The position numbers were made by a program, and so were the translations under genes. DNA of 63,833 nucleotides, counting the filler, from Octopus bimaculoides (lineage: Eukaryota): assembly GCF_001194135.2 (NCBI RefSeq). It is 5 parts of 4 records of this genome, joined end to end, with 100 filler letters (N's around TTAATTAATTAA, not from the genome) between each part and the next. Parts side by side here need not be neighbours in the genome. Positions count along the whole stretch, not along the records: positions 31,442 to 48,223 come from NC_068986.1; positions 48,324 to 57,252 come from NW_026431103.1; 3 more parts are not named here. The stretch is one strand, 5' to 3'. Below the pieces are notes generated by a model. The model did no database searches. It saw nothing but the letters and a program-made list of their open reading frames with translations, and had not been told where the DNA came from. Below are positions 40,060 to 53,908 of the stretch, in pieces. Every line of letters begins with the position of its first letter. Position 1 is the first letter of the stretch.

Positions 40060-40770
40060 TTTATAGGACCCTGGTATGTTCTGGGAAATAGCCTAACTCA
40101 GTATGCAGGAAAGGAGGAGGTATAAACTGCATATCTTGTACCCAATATAAACTTTAAATAAAAGAAGTATAGTGGATTCACAGGCAGACTAACAAAGAAA
40201 GTATGCTTCATACGTGACAGATGTATTGGAGCAGTACATACTAAGAGCACACTAGAAATAGATTATCTTAAATGCTCAGATCAATCACTAGAAGTATTTG
40301 ATAACATTTGTGACCTTGGAGATATAATTTACAGAGGGGATGGTTGCTCTGAAAGTATAGTAGTCAGAGTTAGAATAGACTGGAAAATGTTCAGGGAGCT
40401 TCTACCACTGCTGATAACAGAGGTCTTTTCCCTCAGGGATTTTATGGTACTTGTGTTAGAAGTGTGATATTGCATGGTAGTGAGACATGGGCCTTGAATG
40501 CAGAGTACTTTAAGAGGTGATTGAAAAGAAATGAAACAAGTATGCTCTGTTGGATGTGTAATGAAAGTGTGCATGAATGAAAAGTACAAATGCTTTGAGA
40601 GAAAATTAAGCATAAGAGGAATCAGATATTTTGTGCAAGAAAGAAGACTTTGCCAGTAGAGACATATGATGTATATGGATGAAGACAGCTGTATAAAGAA
40701 GTGTCAATGAGTTAATGTGGATGGAACTTGTGAATGAGGGATACCCAGGATGTCATAGGATGAAATGGTG
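40060..40770 (+). mobile_element. RTE LINE fragment, RT C-terminal region (highly decayed)
   Basis: Frameshifted pieces ..LEVFDNICDLGDI..GCSESIVVRVRIDWKMFRELLPLLIT..CVRSVILHGSETWALNA..RNETSMLCWMCN..LREKLSIRGIRYFVQERRL. Confidence 0.85.
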
Positions 40771-41049
40771 TGTGTGTGTGTGTGTGTAGAGAGAGAGAGA
40801 GTTATTCTCCCAGATATGTATATTTATTTGTTTATTTCGAAGTCCTGCACAGTTTCACATAGCTTTGTCATATTTTCATCCATGATGGAGATGAGTAGCA
40901 ATGTCCCATGTGACAGTCTTCGTTGTTGCTGAGAATTCTCAGCATGAAACCAATCATATCCTTGTTAATCCACAAATAAAGTATATCATCATCATCACTT
41001 AGCATCCACCTTCCATGCTGGCATGGGTGGATATATATATATATATGTG

Positions 41050-41340
41050 GTGGGGGGCACGTAAAAAGCACCCACTACACTCTCGGCGTGGTTGGCGTTA
41101 GGAAGGGCATCAAACTGTAGAAACTCTGCCAAATCAGATTGGAACCTGGTGCAGCCATCCGCTTCACCAGTCCCCAGTCAAATCGTCCAACCCATGCTAG
41201 CATGGAAAGCGGACGTTAAATGATGATGATGATGATGATGATGATATCGATATATATGGTTGCACCAGTCCTCAGTCAAATCGTCCAACCCATGCTAGCA
41301 TGGAAAGCAGACGTTAAACGATGATGATGATGATGATGAT
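41050..41340 (+). mobile_element. RTE LINE 3' end with a tandemly repeated terminal ~75 bp
   Basis: caccagtc(c/ct)cagtcaaatcgtccaacccatgctagcatggaaagc(g/a)gacgttaaa plus (gat)n occurs twice (41165-41245 and 41266-41340). Confidence 0.88.
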
Positions 41341-41348
41341 ATATATAT

Positions 41349-41580
41349 AAACAATTGCAGCGTGGAAGGTGTTTATAAGCCATTTAAAATAACACACAAA
41401 ATCTGTTAGATTCACTTCAACATTTAAATTTAATTTGTCAAAATATTTTCGTCGCTTTGAGACCGCGACCTGTTCACTGACAAAATTCTGTGCTGCATCA
41501 CAGAAATGTTGAAGTGAATCTAACGGATTTTGTGTGTTATTTTAAATGGCTTATAAACACCTTCCACGCTGCAATTGTTT
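41349..41580. mobile_element. Fold-back/MITE-like element with 77-bp inverted arms
   Basis: 41349-41425 equals the reverse complement of 41504-41580 except for one base (atctgtt vs atccgtt), with a 78-bp spacer. Confidence 0.85.
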
Positions 41581-44191
41581 TCGTTCCAGCACACGATCTC
41601 AGATCAGGTCACTTGCTATGCAAGTGCATCTCCCTATATATATATATAAAAACAACTGCCCCCCCCCCCTTCCAACGCAATTTCCTCCTCAAGACATCCC
41701 CACCAACTATCATCTTTCTAACTGCAGTGTTCTGCTGCTGTAATTAAATGTGAGCAGGACTGAATATTTCACCATTTTTCCTTGATAACACTTATCCATT
41801 TTACTGCCTGGAATCCATTCACTTGTTATCTATTATTAACACTATTCCCTTTATCTACATCTTACATTGATCACCTTCAACCACACATCCTCTTTCTCTC
41901 TCTCTCTCTCTCTCTCTTCTTGTGTCTACTGTACCATTACTATATATTGCTGCACTTCATTGTAGGTCTACTGGATCAAGACTGACCGGGTTTTAAACTA
42001 TGAAGGTCATCTGGCGAAAGTTACTAGAGATAGACTAGCAGTCTATCCAAAGAGAAAATAATCTCTCATCCACTTTAATATGATAGCGGAGTGGATCAGT
42101 CATTCAATAACTGATCCTTGTTTTGGAAGTTTACATCTACACATTCTTTCATTGATGCTTCTGTGCAGAATCCAATTCTACATTATCCCTGTTAATCTTT
42201 GTCGCATGAATAATTACTTGGTCATCTATATTGCTAGAAATAGATGTTGTATTCTATCCAGGGTGTGATTTTGCTCTGATCAACTTCATGCCATCAAACT
42301 TGAACTGAGGAATTAGCAAGTTCATAGAGACTGATGTACTCTGGATTTTCTAAAACATCAAAATGTGGTGATGGATTCAGACACCATTTGAAATGTTTTG
42401 TTACCTATTATACAGTTAACAATGAAACAGGCAACACTGAAACAAGTTTACTCAGCTGATAGATTAAACAAGGGTTGTTTCATGGCATACAGTATTGAAC
42501 AGTGTTTTCTCAGTAATTTCTGCAACTAATTGCCACAGTCACTCAATCAATATAAGAAGTACCACCAATTTGTGCAACTACATTATGTTGTGTCTCCTAA
42601 GACAAGAATGTTATCCAATTAAACAGCCTGACCAAAGCAGAGTGTACTGTCTGAGGAAACACAACACAATGGCTAAAACTGCAAAGTGATGGTACATATT
42701 GTACAGCTAGGTAGACTGTAATGAAGTAAAGTGTTTAAGAAGACAACACAATGGCTGTAACAGAAAATGATAGTAATTATTACACAGCAAGAGAAACCGA
42801 GAAAGCCAGGATATCAAAACCACACACTGTGTATCTCCTCAAAGCAGAAACAAAATGGTGTTAGACAGTTAGACTCACAGACAGACAAGGAGTTTGATGG
42901 AGACAAACAGGAAGAACATCCAAAATAAATAATATTGAGTAGACATGTCTGTCAGAGAGGAAATAGGAAAAGCCAAGGTGGAATTGGTTAGCTTTCGGTC
43001 AGCAATGGTCAAGATTGAAAATAGATAACAGGAAGAACTGGTGAAGGAAATTACAAACCATCTAAATGCTATTCTGGTTACTGAATGGCAGCCAAACAAT
43101 TTTAGAAATGGTCTACCATCATCCTCATCATCATTCATGGATGTAATGAAGTTTGTTGGAGTTAGGTGTGGGGAGGATCAGATAGATGTATGTGTCTTTA
43201 TTAAGTGTGGTTTTATATGCATAGGAATGTGTAAGTTTTATATATATCTTACTTGTGTATGTGCGTGTGTGCATGTGTGTGCACATGCACACAGTGTGAG
43301 AGGAAGAAGATTGCTTAGGAATCACTTGATTTCGGATTCAATCCCACTGTACATTACTTTGGATAAGTGCTTTCTACCATAGTGACAAGTTGACCAACAT
43401 CTTGTGAGTGAAATTTGGTAGACAGTAACTATGCAGAAACTTCTTGTGTGTGTGTGGGTATATATCTACCTGCTTGTTTTTCTTTCTTTCTCTCTTGTCT
43501 ATACAAACATTAGTGACAAACCAGTGCTATTCAGATGAAGTTCTTTGCAAAGGCAAATTCTTTGACACTAACTTTACAAGTGCTCATTATTACTTTTACA
43601 GTAAAAAATGCATTGCATCAGTGATTGGCAGTTGGAGAACTGTAACCAACAGTACTGCCATTTGCAAATTACAATATAAAATGCAATACATATGGTGTGT
43701 GTGTGTGTATGCTTATAACAATGCAAGTTGGAAAGGGAAGGTTTCCTTCTGATAGTAATGATACCCTTGACCAAGTGGGGTCAAGATAGTAGATGGATAT
43801 CAAAGATCATTGCCTCACACACAAGTGGCTGTGTGAAAGACCCATACTTACAACTAAGAAGATTACAGTCAACACCATCAACTGGCAGCAGTTACAGGCA
43901 CTTCTAGGAAATAGGCTTACCTAAAATTAAAGACAAAATTATATTGCAGATTAGGAAAAGTAATTTACTATCCTTCTAAAAAAAATAGCAGTTTTGACAT
44001 GTCTCTTTAATTTCACTCCTGTTAACTTTTCTCTGAAGAAAGATGCCGTCCAAAACGTTAGATTTTTCACTTCTCTCAGCAAGTTCACTGTGCTTTTTTG
44101 TTGATTTTACTAAATAATGCATGTCTTGCTGATGCAGACTAACACCAGCCACTTTGGACTCTGTTTGATTATGCATGTATATGTAGACATA

Positions 44192-45050
44192 CAGGGTGCA
44201 GTGAATAAACTGTCATCTAAATATGTAAAAATGAAAATAACACTGACATCTCATTTTAACCGATATATTTATCAAAACTGCATAAAAATATCTTGAAATA
44301 CTAAAAAGTGAATTTATTCACTGAAATCACCATTGGCTTCAACCATGGCTTTCAAACAACTTTAGAATTTCCTGCAACTCTTCTGGATGGTCTCCTTGTT
44401 TAACTTGGTGAGTGCTGCCATAATCCTTGCCTTCAGTTCATCTTTGGTGTTACAAGGAGTTTTGTTGGTCTTTCGCTCAAATATACCCCACACATAATAA
44501 TCAAAGCGGGAAGTTAGGTGGCCATCTGTTAGGAGTGATATGGTCACGGAAATTGTCTGACAGTCATGACTGGGTTTTCTTGCTTGTGTGGCATGGTGCA
44601 GAGTCCTATTGCCAGACACAGAGTCTTCCAACAGCCGTCCTCTTGACCCAGGGCAGCACTAACTCCTCCAAGCATTTGATGTAGGCCTCCATGTTAGTCT
44701 GAGGCCTTATGGGAAGATGAATGGAGGCATAACATCACCATCACTAGTGATCACTCTAAACACCATGATGTTAACTGTATGTTTGATTATTATCACTCTC
44801 GGTACATGTCCTCAGATTGACATCCAAACTCTCTGAAATGTTTGTATTGGAGCTTCTGGGGCAAATGCCAAGCAGTACATGTCTTTTCTAAATTTCTGGC
44901 TGAGTGAATTGCGTCATGGTGCTGTTTTTCTCACAGACGGTGCCCAACTGACTCTACTATGCTGTGTAGTTGACAAAATCAAAAACAAACAATGTGCATG
45001 TGTGAAGTTAAAAATATAAAATGGTGACAAAGTTTACCCATCACATCCTG
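44192..45050 (-). mobile_element. Tc1/mariner DNA transposon, DD37D (maT)-like, internally deleted
   Basis: TA|CAGGGTGCAGTGAATAAACTGTCA ... TGACAAAGTTTACCCATCACATCCTG|TA imperfect TIRs. Minus-strand remnant FDYYVWGIFERKTNKTPCNTKDELKARIMAALTKLNKETIQKSCRKF. Confidence 0.82.
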
Positions 45051-45607
45051 TATATATATATATANNNNNNNNNNNNNNNNNNNNNNNNNNNNNNNNNNNN
45101 NNNNNNNNNNNNNNNNNNNNNNNNNNNNNNNNNNNNNNNNNNNNNNNNNNNNNNNNNNNNNNNNNNNNNNNNNNNNNNNNNNNNNNNNNNNNNNNNNNNN
45201 NNNNNNNNNNNNNNNNNNNNNNNNNNNNNNNNNNNNNNNNNNNNNNNNNNNNNNNNNNNNNNNNNNNNNNNNNNNNNNNNNNNNNNNNNNNNNNNNNNNN
45301 NNNNNNNNNNNNNNNNNNNNNNNNNNNNNNNNNNNNNNNNNNNNNNNNNNNNNNNNNNNNNNNNNNNNNNNNNNNNNNNNNNNNNNNNNNNNNNNNNNNN
45401 NNNNNNNNNNNNNNNNNNNNNNNNNNNNNNNNNNNNNNNNNNNNNNNNNNNNNNNNNNNNNNNNNNNNNNNNNNNNNNNNNNNNNNNNNNNNNNNNNNNN
45501 NNNNNNNNNNNNNNNNNNNNNNNNNNNNNNNNNNNNNNNNNNNNNNNNNNNNNNNNNNNNNNNNNNNNNNNNNNNNNNNNNNNNNNNNNNNNNNNNNNNN
45601 NNNNNNN

Positions 45608-45645
<38 letters not shown>

Positions 45646-46049
45646 GTGTATTTATCTTAATATTACCTGATGTATCCAGTGGCTGTGAGTTCAAGTCCTA
45701 CTTCTTTTATAGCTATTGTGCAGTGGTTGTGATGGAGTGGTAGTGGGGTTAACCGGTTGGTTAGTAATGAGAATGATGGTGATGTTTGTTTGGTTGGTTG
45801 GTTGGTATAAGTAGGTTAGTAGTTTCTTGTAGCAGTGGTGACAGTGGAATAACATTGATGATGTGATGATGGTGATTTATTATTTTGTGTTGGGGACATT
45901 TGATGAAAATGATGATGCATCTATCAAATATTGATCCAAGATTTATGATATATTCTCTGTTTACCAACAATAAGACAATGATGTGCGATTAACTATGTAG
46001 CAGATATACTTTGTTTCCTTATTAATACAATCATCTGAGATTACTTACC

Positions 46050-46135
<86 letters not shown>

Positions 46136-46719
46136 CTCTCTCTCTCTCTCTCTTTTTCTCTCTCTCCCTCATGCATACACACACACACAATGAAGAAAAA
46201 AGAAATAGAAAATTATAAGTAGCTGTTTGTTTTTTCTGTTCAGTTTTCTAGATTCATTTGTGTTCATTTTACTCAATCAGGTATTTTTTTTTTTGCCCAT
46301 CATCACCAGTAACAGTCCTTCTGCTAAGAGCATTGACAAATCCATCACCACTTTTTATCAACCCATCCACCACCATCACTGGTGCTAACAACATTCCACC
46401 ATTAGTAACTGCCCCATCACCACTACTAAGAACTCTTCCTCCACAACTAATAACAACAACTCCTTAGACATTACTATTAACAACTCTTCCTTCACTACCC
46501 CAACTGAACAACCACTCTGCTACCATTAACAGCTTCCTCTCCACCATCACTAATTCTTCTTTTCATTGTTAGTAATAACCCCCTTCTCCACTCCCACTTA
46601 CAAACCTGCTCCACCACTATGAATCTACTTGAAATCAAACCTAAATGTAAAGAAGCAAAGACATATTGGATAGTATAGAGCTAAATATTTCTAAAATGAC
46701 AGGATGGTCATCGCTGGGA

Positions 46720-47080
46720 TGTTTAAAATTAGGTCTGATTAATCAGAGCTTATCTAGGATTAAGCCTAGTATGCCTACTTCACTTCTGCTGTCACTGATA
46801 CCACCCAGTCTCTTGCCTGTGAGGAATTTGGTTGAGGATCTTTTCCCTTTTACCTCTTGCACACAGCACACATCCACTCATCAATCCAACATTCCATTGT
46901 GCCTGTGTTTGTGGATACTGCCTTAAAGTTTTAGAACCTACATGAAGAGTGGGTGTACTTTTAATGGGAAGGCTGTTTAGTTGTTGATCCATTACTGTTT
47001 GACGTCTGCACCTGTGAGGAATAAGAAAAGCTCTGCTGTGGTTTGCCCACATTTCATATTGATCATTCAACCCTAACACC
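46720..47080 (-). mobile_element. RTE LINE AP-endonuclease fragment (decayed)
   Basis: Minus strand reads VDVCCVQEVKGKRSSTKFLTGKR..SEVGIL, fitting the RTE APE motif DVCCIQEVRWRG..FLTGK..GVGIL. Confidence 0.65.
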
Positions 47081-48223
47081 TCTCTTTTCCATCACCATAC
47101 ATCTCTCATTCTCTCCCTGCACTATGCCTGCCTCTCTTTCCTCCCATATTCATGCAACCTACCTAACCACATATCATGGCTCTCTCTCATCCTTACCCTG
47201 TTTACTAATTCAAACATTACTATTCTGCTATTCTTCACCTTGATGCATCACTAGTACATCCCCTACCCCTTATTCACCATTTGTATTTCCACTCCTCACC
47301 ACCACATAATCTCTACAGTTGTCACCTACTTTTCCCTGCCTTCCCTACTTATCATCCTTCAACACCTGCTCTTCATTCACTATACCCATTTCCATCACCC
47401 ATTCTCTATCTCTCACTTTTCCATACACTCTTTCAAACTCTATCTACCCACACTCTTGGTACTTTTGTCCCCACTCACATCCACTCACCTCATATATTGA
47501 GAATCCACCCAGGCAACTCATTTCCATTGTTTATACCTCTTTCCAGCTCCACTCCGATCACCCTCACTCTATCTTCTGAAATGTGAGTGGTCATGTAGCT
47601 CCTCTACTGCAAAAAATCAGTTCTACTCTAGCCTCTTCTCTCATACTTGAACCCCTTGTCTCCTAGCATAATGTCACCTCTCTTGAGAAAGCAGCCTGTA
47701 TGTATGTAAAGTGGTCGGCATTACAATGGGCATCCAGCCATTGAAACCAAAGTAGACATTGGAGCATGATATTATCCTTGAACACAGATCCTCTCTAACC
47801 CTCCAACCCATTCTAGCATTGAATATGAACATCAAATGATAATGTTGTTTATATGTAAACTAGCAGCCCACACAATGTGCACAATTGATGCTGCTATAAA
47901 CCCACACATGATACATTATAAAGTGATGGGTGAGCAACCAGAGACATAGGTCTGAAAGGACCTTTCATCTTGTTAAGGACATGGTAATATCTGTAGTGCT
48001 GGTACCATGATGAAATGCACCCGTGTGAAATGATTGATGTTAGAAAGGGCATCCAACCACAGAGACTAAGTCAAAAAATGAAACTGAAAAATTATGTGGT
48101 CTTGCAACCAATCAAGGATAGTAGTAGCTCTGAATAAGAACTTATGTGTACCATGATAACCTGTCCAACCCATGCCAACATGAAAAGTGGATGCATATAC
48201 ATGGGTATATATATATATATATA

Positions 48224-48323
48224 NNNNNNNNNNNNNNNNNNNNNNNNNNNNNNNNNNNNNNNNNNNNTTAATTAATTAANNNNNNNNNNNNNNNNNNNNN
48301 NNNNNNNNNNNNNNNNNNNNNNN
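48224..48323. other. Artificial scaffold join with six-frame stop linker
   Basis: 44 N + TTAATTAATTAA (48268-48279) + 44 N. Confidence 0.95.
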
Positions 48324-49639
48324 ATATATATATATATATATATATAAATACTCATGTGAACATGCCATCTTTAATGGAACAAGTTTTACATTGGTTTGAT
48401 ATCATTGCGTCATATATTACTATAGCGTGTATGTTATATATATATATATGGCATGCATGTGGGAAGAATGCTAGCAAGACATGCAACATGAATGAAACCG
48501 GAATCTATAATGGAAAATGTAAAACAGAGCTATAAGAGGAAATGCAATTATGTTAAAAGAACATGCATTTAAAAAGCAATGAAAAATTAATACCTAAATA
48601 CTGCAAATAAATTTTAATGCACACACACGACAATGTATTTCTAATACAGTTAGTATTCTTTACTAAGCACAATATCATCATAAATACCATTATTGTATTT
48701 ACATTTGTGTAGTGAAAAATTAAGCCCATCACCTTCACATTACTCTCACCCTTTTGATGCAAACCAAACAAAAGAAGTATATTCTTTGTTTATATTTGAC
48801 ATGCAGTTATATAATTAAATATTGATACGTACAAAGTGAAGTGAAGCAAGCTGATCCCTGCTATTTCTAGCATACTAAATGACCCCATAGAGGATGAATA
48901 ACATTTTGTCTGTTTAAAAGAGAGAAATTAAGGCTGTGGTAAAGTAATGAAAGAAATATTTACTGTGGAGCAAGGGAGTACTAATTGATGAATAAAGGAT
49001 ACAAAGGAAAATTATGCATAACAATAAAAATTACACAAACTGGGAATCAAATATGTAAATATTATTTACTGACCAGTTGATAATCACCTGGAGGGTGGTC
49101 TCACCAAACCTGTGAGTGTGTGTGTGTGTATTAACAAAAGAGACTCATACATAAATTTACTGGATGAAACACCTCATATTGAATGGGGTAAAGATGTGAG
49201 TCAACTGTTGCATGGTTTTGTATTTATATGTTAGTCTGTAGATTGTATTTTTAATCTAAAGCACATGGAACTACACTGAATTTCTCAACAGGCTGAAACC
49301 ATCTTTAGTGTTACCTAACTCTTTCATACTGTAGAAAAATCCCCCGTTGTTTTTGCTGGAATATTCTTTGGTATGGCAGGTGCTCTAATATTTTTGTTAA
49401 AATTTTGGTTGAACATCTCTCATAGCTTTTATATTTTGAAAATTTCTGCTTTAAAAACCAGAGGTTACGGACCTGCAAATAATGTTTAATAAAATTCAAT
49501 TGTTTATAAGTTTTTGACCCACTTAGTTATATATGTGACAGTAATTTTTTTCATTTTCAAAATTTTTTCTAAATGTATAGGTTTTGAAGAATGCAGTTCC
49601 ACAAAAAAAAAAAAAAAAAAAAAAAAAGATTAGGATCAT

Positions 49640-49760
49640 GAAATAGGGTTAGAATTTAGCATTATGGTTTAGTATTAGTATTAGGGTTTAGGCTTTAGGT
49701 ATAAGCTTATGAATGGGATTTAGAGTTTGGGTTTAAGGTAAGAGCTTAATGTTAGGTTTT
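49640..49760 (+). repeat. Degenerate TTAGGG-like hexamer array
   Basis: atagggttagaatttagcattatggtttagtattagtattagggtttaggctttagg..ttagagtttgggtttaagg..gttagg. Confidence 0.55.
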
Positions 49761-51417
49761 ATAGTTGACAAAAGACTGAGGTGTCTTGTGATTTGCTGCT
49801 CTCAAGAAGACCTGCCCATCTCTGCATAAATTGAGGTCCTAAAAGCATATTATTTATGTTAATGCTACTGCATCCAATCTGTCTCTGACAATCCTTCCTC
49901 ATATACATCCCTCCATCACTCTTCTATTTGCAGCATTATTTACTCTGCTGCTGTAATTATATGAGAGCAAAACAATATGTTTCATCCCACTTTTGTGCTA
50001 CCAGTTTTCCCTCTCCTTGTAACCACTTCATTTTGTTCCCCTTTCTCCATTTTTTATATTATCCCTTACTATTTTATTTTCCATTCAATGCCCCTTTCTT
50101 CTGGACCCTGTGTCATATCTACCATTGATACTTCTTCCCCACGTTTGTTTGTCATTCATTATATCCTCCCTTATGTACTCTGATCCTTGTCTCTGTCATA
50201 GTGTGTCTCTTTCTTATCCCTCCCCACTCTTCACATCATCTCCCTATGGTGTTATTATACAGTTCTTCTCAGGCCCATCTTTTTGTATTACCTCCTCTCC
50301 CTCAACCTGCTTCTATGTTCCTTACATTCTTCCAAACTGAGATTCACTATTGTCCACACCTCCATTCATGTTCATCATTCACTTCAATCCTCATCTCAAC
50401 TATCTCTTCTTTCACCCAAACATCCTCAATTTTCTGTCCCTACTCTCTTTTTATCTACCTTCTTGTACCTTGAAGGTATTCCCTTCATGCTGAGGTAGCT
50501 ATGTACCTCCTCTACAGCAAGACATCTGTTTCTGCCCCACCCCTATCTTGCTCAATTTTGCACCCCTACATTGTCAAGGGGATGTGTCTTCTGAGTTACT
50601 TACTGATGTTGTTAATCTCTGGTGCTACAGAAAAAGTACCCAGTACACTCTGTTAAGTGATTGGCATTAGTAAAGACATCCTGCAGTAGAAACCTCACCA
50701 AATCAGACTCAGGATGGAGCTTAACATAACTGTCTGGCATGTTGGATCCTGTTGCCTTGTCCAACCCATGTCAGTATGGTATTCAGGTAATGATGATAAG
50801 TATATTTGTTGTTATTGTTGATTAGTCCTGATCCAGCAGGCCTTTGAGAAAAGTTCTCACTCATTTCCCTGTCTTTTGAAGGCTCCTGCTTCAAGCATTA
50901 CATTTATCTCGCCTTTCATGACAAAACAAATTCCTTCTATTTTGTAAAATGCAGACCATCAATAGTTTCTGTGCTTCAACTGTTTCACATTGTTCAGCCT
51001 TAGAGAAAGAGAGATCATTGTGACATCATAATGATAGTAGTGGTGGTAATAACTACTAATGTTGTGGTAATGAGACGATGACTGCTGCTGCTTCATTCAG
51101 TATCAAGTCCTTCCACAGTTATTTAAGTGACCTTCAGATACTTGTTGAGCTTAATCTGTCACACATCAGCTATATGACATACTTTTACATAACCCAACAT
51201 TTTTCTTACACTCGCACATGCAAACACATACACACACACATGCACACACATTCACACACACGCACACATTCACACACACACACCCTCCTAGGTTTTGACT
51301 GTTTGCCTGCCTCACTTTATATTGCAAGTCTTATTTTCGCTCACCAGGTCAATCCCCTTTTCATCAATACACTCCTTCCTAAACAATGTTAGCAGAGTCT
51401 ATATGTTTAAGCATGTT

Positions 51418-51458
<41 letters not shown>

Positions 51459-51697
51459 ATCTTCATATTATATGTATATTTTCCTTTCTCTAAGATATAT
51501 ATCTTAGGAGTGCCTTTGTCTTTAACAAGTTCACTTCACAAGCATGATTTCATGTTCAACCCCACTGTGCGGCATCATTGTGCTGCACATTGGGAAAGTG
51601 TTTTCTGCTATTAAATCCTGAATTTGCAGGTGAATTTGTTTGATGAAAATTCTGCAGAAACCCCTTACGTGTATGTACATGCATATGCATGTATAGC

Positions 51698-51858
51698 TGC
51701 AGGTCTGGCTGTGTAGTAAGAAGTTTATTTCCCTATCACATGATTTCTGGTTCAGTTTCATTGCATGGCACCTTGTACACAGTTCTTCCTCTATAGCCTT
51801 GACCTGACCAAAGTCTTGTGAGTGGATTTAGTACAGAGAAACTAAAAAGAAGCCTGTC

Positions 51859-51915
<57 letters not shown>

Positions 51916-52150
51916 CATACATACACACACAATACACACAAACATGCATGTGTGTGTGTGTCCACCACTTGACAACTGGTGCTGGTGTGTTTATGTCACT
52001 GTAACTTAGCAGTTCAGTAAAAGAGATTGATGAAATATGTATCAAGTTGAAAAAAAAAGTACAAGTGTTGATTTGTTTAACTAAAATTCAAGGTGGTACC
52101 CCAGCATGCTTACAGTCTAGTCTAGTAATTAAAACAAGTAAAAGATAAAA
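51698..52150 (+). mobile_element. Old tRNA-derived SINE with CpG decay
   Basis: Same family as 28855-29218, but consensus CG sites read TG/CA (gccttgacctgacc, gcagttcagt, ggtggtacccc). Confidence 0.85.
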
Positions 52151-52373
52151 GATAGGATGTATGTGTTTGGATGAGTGTACATAAGTGTGTGTGTCTATCT
52201 ATCTGTCTGTCTGTCTAAAATCAAAATAAGCAACAGGATATCAAGTAGCGATGCAGTATGACTGTTTCTAGCAGCTCCATTTAATTGAACAATGCAGTCA
52301 TTACATCAATTTAAATGCAGTGCCATATATATATGTGTGTGTATTAAAATACAAAACCAAAATTGTAGCTGTG

Positions 52374-52788
52374 GCCAGTGCCCCCTGACTGGCTCCTGTG
52401 CCGGTGACACATAAAAAGCACCATCCAAACATGGTCAATGCCAGGTCCGCCTGACTGACTCCTGTGCCAGTGGCATGTAAAAAGCACCATCTGAACATGG
52501 CCGATGCCAGTGCCCCCTGACTGGCTCCCATGCCGGTGGCATGTAAAAATCACTATCAGAATGTGAACAATGCCAGGGCTGCCTACTGGTTTCTGTGCCA
52601 GTGGCATGTATAAAGCACCCACTACACTCTCGAAGTGGTTGGCATTAGGAAGGGCATCCAACTGTAGAAACGTTGCTAGATCAGATTGGAGCCTGGTGCA
52701 GCCGCTGACTTTCCAGACCTCAGTGAAACCGTCCAACCCATGCCAGCATGGAAAACAGACTTTAAATGATGTTGATAATGATGATATA
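52374..52788 (+). mobile_element. RTE LINE 3' UTR with four 66-bp tandem units and a GAT tail
   Basis: Units start at 52374, 52440, 52506 and 52572 (gccagtgccccctgactggctcctgtgccggtggcatgtaaaaagcacc...), followed by the common RTE end cactacactctcg..ccaacccatgccagcatgg. Confidence 0.85.
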
Positions 52789-52790
52789 TA

Positions 52791-53908
52791 TTGGGTTGTC
52801 TGGAAAGTTCGTGCCAATTTATAGTAGCTTCGGCACTTGTTGCTTTTCTTTTTCTGTAAAGGGGAAAAATGCCTCACAAGCAACCAAAGAAATATGTGCA
52901 GTTTACGGTGATGTTTCTTTATCCGAAAGAACTGTACAGAAGTGATTCGCAAGGTTCTGAGCTGGATATTGTAGCCTTATTGATAAAGAGCGATCAGGCA
53001 GACCATCCACTACAGCTGATGACCAAATCAAGTCATTAATTGAGAATAACCCACATTGCACAACCCGAAAATTGGCAGAAAGCCTTAATCTATCAAAATC
53101 CATTGTTCATGAGCACCTGGTAAAGTTTGGGTACACAAATCACTATGATGTTTGGGTACCCCTTGAGTTGAGTGCGAAGAACCTTTTGGATCGCATTTCC
53201 ATCTGTGATTTGCTTTATAAACAGAATGAAAATGCGCCTTTTTTAAAGCAAATTGTGACACGTGATGAGAAATGGATTATCTACTGAAATGTTCAGAGAA
53301 AGCGATCCTGGAGTAAGTGACATAAGCCACCCTTAGCCACCCCAAAAGCGGGTCCTCACCCTAAAAAATTTTGCTTTGTGTCTGGTAGGAATGGAAAGGA
53401 ATTCTGTACTATGAGCTTCTCCCAAGTAACCAGACAATTAATTCTGAGAAATACTGCACACAACTGGACGAGTTAAAAGCAGCAATTCAAGAGAAATGTC
53501 CAGAATTGGCCAACAGGAAGGGTGTTGTTTTCCAACATGATAATGCAAGTCCACACATTTCTTTGGGAACAAGACAAAAATTGCTGCAGCTCGGCTGGGT
53601 TGTGTTACCCCACCCTCCATATTCACCAGATATTGCTCCTTCGGATTTCCACTTATTCAGGTCTCTGCAGAATAGTCTTAATGATAAAAATTTCAATTCC
53701 TTGGATGACGTAAAAAGATACCTTGATGAATTCTTTGCCACGAAACCACCTCACTTGTGGGAAGAGGGTATTTTCAAGTCAAAGGAAAGATGGAGATGCA
53801 TTGTGCAAGAAAATGGTTCATATTTGATTGATTAAAAATGTAATGGCAAGTATTTATTGACCTTTTTCTTTCCTTCAAAAATCGGCATGCACTTTCCGGA
53901 CAACCCAA
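52791..53908 (+). mobile_element. Mariner transposon (D,D34D, mellifera-like subfamily), pseudogenic transposase
   Basis: TA|TTGGGTTGTCTGGAAAGTTCGTGCCAATTT ... AAATCGGCATGCACTTTCCGGACAACCCAA|TA TIRs with TA TSD. Motifs WVPLELS, KQIVTRDEKWIIY, ANRKGVVFQHDNASPH and HPPYSPDIAPSDFHLFRSLQNSL. Stops and frameshifts present, start region deleted. Confidence 0.96.

Noticed and set aside
49311-49499. Possible exon on either strand (minus VRNLWFLK.., plus hydrophobic VVFAGIFFGMAG)
   Set aside because: It overlaps AT-rich, probably transposon-derived sequence, the two readings are mutually exclusive, and there is no homology.
52374-52620. Four regularly spaced 66-bp repeats resembling a CRISPR array
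   Set aside because: These are whole-unit tandem repeats with no unique spacers and no cas genes. They belong to the RTE LINE 3' UTR, with related units at 31880-31950 and 57100-57252.
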